Source: a virus
Taxonomy: Duplodnaviria > Caudoviricetes
Length of the DNA stretch: 64,000 nucleotides
IMG/VR virus record: IMGVR_UViG_3300020577_007160
Span: 32,001-96,000 of that record
Direction: 5' to 3' (one strand)
The notes beneath the pieces are model-generated. The model had not been told where the DNA came from. It made no database searches and saw only the letters and a list, made by a program, of their open reading frames with translations. Position numbers and translations under genes: made by a program. This document shows positions 61,045 to 64,000 of this stretch, piece by piece. Numbering within the stretch: the first letter of the stretch is position 1; each line of letters begins with the position of its first letter.

Positions 61045-62781
61045 TTATGCTATTGGTGGTGTATTGCCAGAGGACAAACCATTGTCAATATAAGGCAAAA
61101 TAGAAACAAGACCTAACTTCCCACCTACTACAACAATACGATATGCTTTATTTGTTGAACCATCCTGTAAAACTGGTCCATATAATGAAGATTTAAATAT
61201 CCAATCTCCTGCGATTTGAGATGAACCAACAATATCAATTCCCATTCCATTTCTACCTACGATTTCTTTCACTTTTGAAGTGCCAATAACTCCAAGCGTA
61301 TCACCTTGTTTCCCCCAAATAATAAATGACCCTTCCTGAGATATTGTTAAATCATGAATAGTTGGTCCAAATTCAACGCCGTTTTCTGTTGAATTTACTC
61401 GTACTAATTTACTTTTATTATTAGCGAACGTTGTTGGAAATCCTGGGACAGCAGTGAGAGCAGTAATTGGATTTGCGACTTCTAAATTAATTTTCAATGC
61501 AGCACCAGTGGTGGCATCCCCCGTTGTAACTGCTGGAGTAATCGCAACCGTACCACCAGTACTAGAAAATTCTACCTGATATGAATTATAATTTGTGCTT
61601 GATGCTCGAATCTGAATCAAAGGATCATTGATCTCTAATGCAGTTCCTGCTGCATTCACCCGTGGGAATTTTAATCCTGTTTGGGTAGATCCAGAATATG
61701 AATCCGGAGTATCTGTTAATTTGAGAAAAGTATCAACAGCATCAAAGTATTCAACTGCAGTTGCTCCAGCATTTACTTTTATCCATTTATTAGCAGTATA
61801 ACTGCTAGGGAATCCAGTAATAGTTATTAGGGTATGGGTGTGCCCTGTGGCAGATTTGCCATCTAGAGTAGTCTGCAGGTCTGTTACGTTAGCAATAGTA
61901 TGAGCATGCACCAAAGGTGCTTTTGTTGATAAGAGAGAATCAACATCTGCTATCTGATAATAGCGAGCATCATGAGTATGACCTGTATCAGATTTTCCTG
62001 CGAGAGCAGTTGTTATTTCAGACTCAGTGAAGTATCGATCATCATGGGTATGACCTGTGGCAGATTTTCCTGATAATAAAGTATCAGTTTCGGTTTCAGT
62101 ATAATATCGATCGTCATGAGTATGAACTGCTAATGCAGCATCAAAGAATTCTAATCCAGTAGCTCCAGTATTTACTCGAATTGCTTTCAATCCCTGGGAA
62201 GCATAAGAATCTGGAGTATCAGTTAATTTGAGAAAATTCCAAGACCTTTGATCAGAAAGTAATTCTATTTTTTGAGTTACTACCCCACCTGAGGATATAT
62301 CAGCTAAATAAATATGAAACTCAGTGCTTGTATCTGCTGGAACAGAACCTGAAATATATAAATAACTTATTGAATAAGTATATTGATTTGGTCCAGAAAA
62401 TGTACGAGCACCTATTGTAATATTTACGTCTGACGGGTGAGTTGTAGAAGTCTTTTTTAAAGTTGTTATTTTTAATATTAATTTCATATTAGAAGCCGTG
62501 AAAGTAGCAACCGTAGATAAGGTTGTTTCTTTCATTATGAATTCTTTATGAAATAATACTCCAGCTGTAACATTAATATTGCTACCGCTTTTTTGAACTT
62601 CAAGACCTTCAACTCTTACTGTTCCTGCATATTTCTCAACAAAATAACCATACCGACCCAAATGGAGTTTCTCATTGGTATTAAAATGTTCCTCAAAAGT
62701 CAATCCTGGACTCGGTAAGTATTCAAGTCGTAGAACTTTATCATCAGGCTGAGAAAATAGTTCAGAATTAGTTGGTTCCAT
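61045..62781 (-). CDS. Tail fibre protein
   Basis: HTHDDRY 24-aa repeats; FLKLTDTPDSY repeats. Confidence 0.8.
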   Translation of the reverse strand: MEPTNSELFSQPDDKVLRLEYLPSPGLTFEEHFNTNEKLHLGRYGYFVEKYAGTVRVEGLEVQKSGSNINVTAGVLFHKEFIMKETTLSTVATFTASNMKLILKITTLKKTSTTHPSDVNITIGARTFSGPNQYTYSISYLYISGSVPADTSTEFHIYLADISSGGVVTQKIELLSDQRSWNFLKLTDTPDSYASQGLKAIRVNTGATGLEFFDAALAVHTHDDRYYTETETDTLLSGKSATGHTHDDRYFTESEITTALAGKSDTGHTHDARYYQIADVDSLLSTKAPLVHAHTIANVTDLQTTLDGKSATGHTHTLITITGFPSSYTANKWIKVNAGATAVEYFDAVDTFLKLTDTPDSYSGSTQTGLKFPRVNAAGTALEINDPLIQIRASSTNYNSYQVEFSSTGGTVAITPAVTTGDATTGAALKINLEVANPITALTAVPGFPTTFANNKSKLVRVNSTENGVEFGPTIHDLTISQEGSFIIWGKQGDTLGVIGTSKVKEIVGRNGMGIDIVGSSQIAGDWIFKSSLYGPVLQDGSTNKAYRIVVVGGKLGLVSILPYIDNGLSSGNTPPIA

Positions 62782-62784
62782 GAT

Positions 62785-63927
62785 TTATATTTCAATATCA
62801 GAAATTTGAGTCAATACTGGTGCATAAAATACCATCGTATTTTCCAATGTTATGTCTTGATCTGTATCAAGTAAGATTGTATTTGCATCAATTATACTAT
62901 TAATTCTATAACTCGTTATGAATGAATTCGCAGCATGTTTTATACCAATATAATTTTGACCTGGAGACGCGAACAATGTCGCGAAACTTGTACCCCCTGA
63001 CTTCGTGACATTCCAAATACCAACCCCACCAGAAACAATATTTACTGCTGTTGCATTCTGCAACATTATTTGCAATTTATTATCTTGAGTGAATTCAATA
63101 TTCTTTAATTCAAAGGAAAGAGTCTGAGTCAATAAGTCAAATATTTCTGTTGATACTGAAGAAGTAACATAAATCAATACTGCTGTCGTATTCTTATTTG
63201 TTGAATTACTTAATTGTGGAATATTCCCAATATAACCTACTTGGTCTCCATATTGATTCCCTGCAGTATCCCGCATAGATGAATTGGGGAATCCGTAAAG
63301 CCGGAACTCCAAGAACATTTGTTGTTTTGGCTCAATACAAACTCCAACATAGACCAGTCCAGAAGTAATGATCTTTTTGATATATTCTTCCAAACCATTA
63401 CGAATATACCTTTTAGAATTTAAATCAAAATAATAAGAATAATTAACTGTTACTGAACCGACCGTATTGGAAGTGAATAATATTTTATATTCACCTGTAT
63501 TGTAATTTATGTATCCACTAGATACTCCAGTACCTTTCAATATCCAATGAGTTGCGTCCGTTGCTGAAGATGTTCCGTCGGTTATGGTGACAGACCCTGG
63601 AATAATACGACTTGAGTATTTTAATGTTCCAGAATAAACTGATGAACCAGAACTTCCAATTGGTTCTGCAGTTATTGATTGTTGGAGCTGAGTTAATAAA
63701 TTTCTTTTCTGCGCAGTAGTATAATTGAAATATAAAGGAATGCCTTTTGAATACAGAATATAATTTAATAAACCATCTGGAAGATTTTCATATTTTATTA
63801 AATTATAAAGTGCAAATAACTTTTTACGAGAAGAAGCATAACCATAATCAAACAGATCCTTTACTTCATTGAGTGCTGGATCATAATTTAATAGATTTGG
63901 TGTTATTGCTTCAGATGGTAAATGCAT
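62785..63927 (-). CDS. Baseplate-associated structural protein with inserted beta-rich domain
   Basis: Context upstream of fibre; IIPGSVTITDG...GYINYNTG insert. Confidence 0.55.
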   Translation of the reverse strand: MHLPSEAITPNLLNYDPALNEVKDLFDYGYASSRKKLFALYNLIKYENLPDGLLNYILYSKGIPLYFNYTTAQKRNLLTQLQQSITAEPIGSSGSSVYSGTLKYSSRIIPGSVTITDGTSSATDATHWILKGTGVSSGYINYNTGEYKILFTSNTVGSVTVNYSYYFDLNSKRYIRNGLEEYIKKIITSGLVYVGVCIEPKQQMFLEFRLYGFPNSSMRDTAGNQYGDQVGYIGNIPQLSNSTNKNTTAVLIYVTSSVSTEIFDLLTQTLSFELKNIEFTQDNKLQIMLQNATAVNIVSGGVGIWNVTKSGGTSFATLFASPGQNYIGIKHAANSFITSYRINSIIDANTILLDTDQDITLENTMVFYAPVLTQISDIEI

Positions 63928-64000
63928 TTATTTTAAAGATACTTTTAAATTAAAATTATTCTCAATAAATTCTTTTATGTCAATAGTATTTCCTTCCTCT

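Noticed and set aside
1-64000. Stop-codon reassignment; tRNA or rRNA genes
   Set aside because: Core genes are full length in code 11 and all three stop codons are used. No tRNA cloverleaf or rRNA was recognised by eye; a tRNAscan run would be needed to exclude them.

Overview
AT-rich, densely packed 64 kb segment of a large tailed dsDNA phage, probably a myovirus. All credible genes are on the - strand and read in code 11. In transcription order (right to left) it holds: baseplate and tail-fibre genes; a lysis cassette; a non-coding region with five 15-bp tandem repeats (candidate origin); and a replication/recombination block (SbcD, 5'-3' exonuclease, SbcC, SSB, RecA, family A DNA polymerase with mini-intein, SF2 helicase with mini-intein, DnaB, primase, ligase). 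Interleaved are a thymidine hypermodification gene set and two sigma-like regulators, followed by a long run of small hypothetical genes. The most striking pattern is a ~20-aa leader motif (S-L-x-E-R-L-x-x-L-E-R-K-V-G-x-x-E-S) shared by 13 mostly unrelated proteins. Many of these genes sit in self-contained cassettes: a conserved promoter-like motif B, the leader plus a variable cargo, a terminator, then a second promoter-like motif A that would restart the interrupted operon. The promoter+leader DNA is nearly identical between distant cassettes, and one member is frameshifted by a dinucleotide repeat inside the leader. I infer a modular capsid-targeting or cargo-loading system. All functional calls come from visual motif recognition; no database searches were run.
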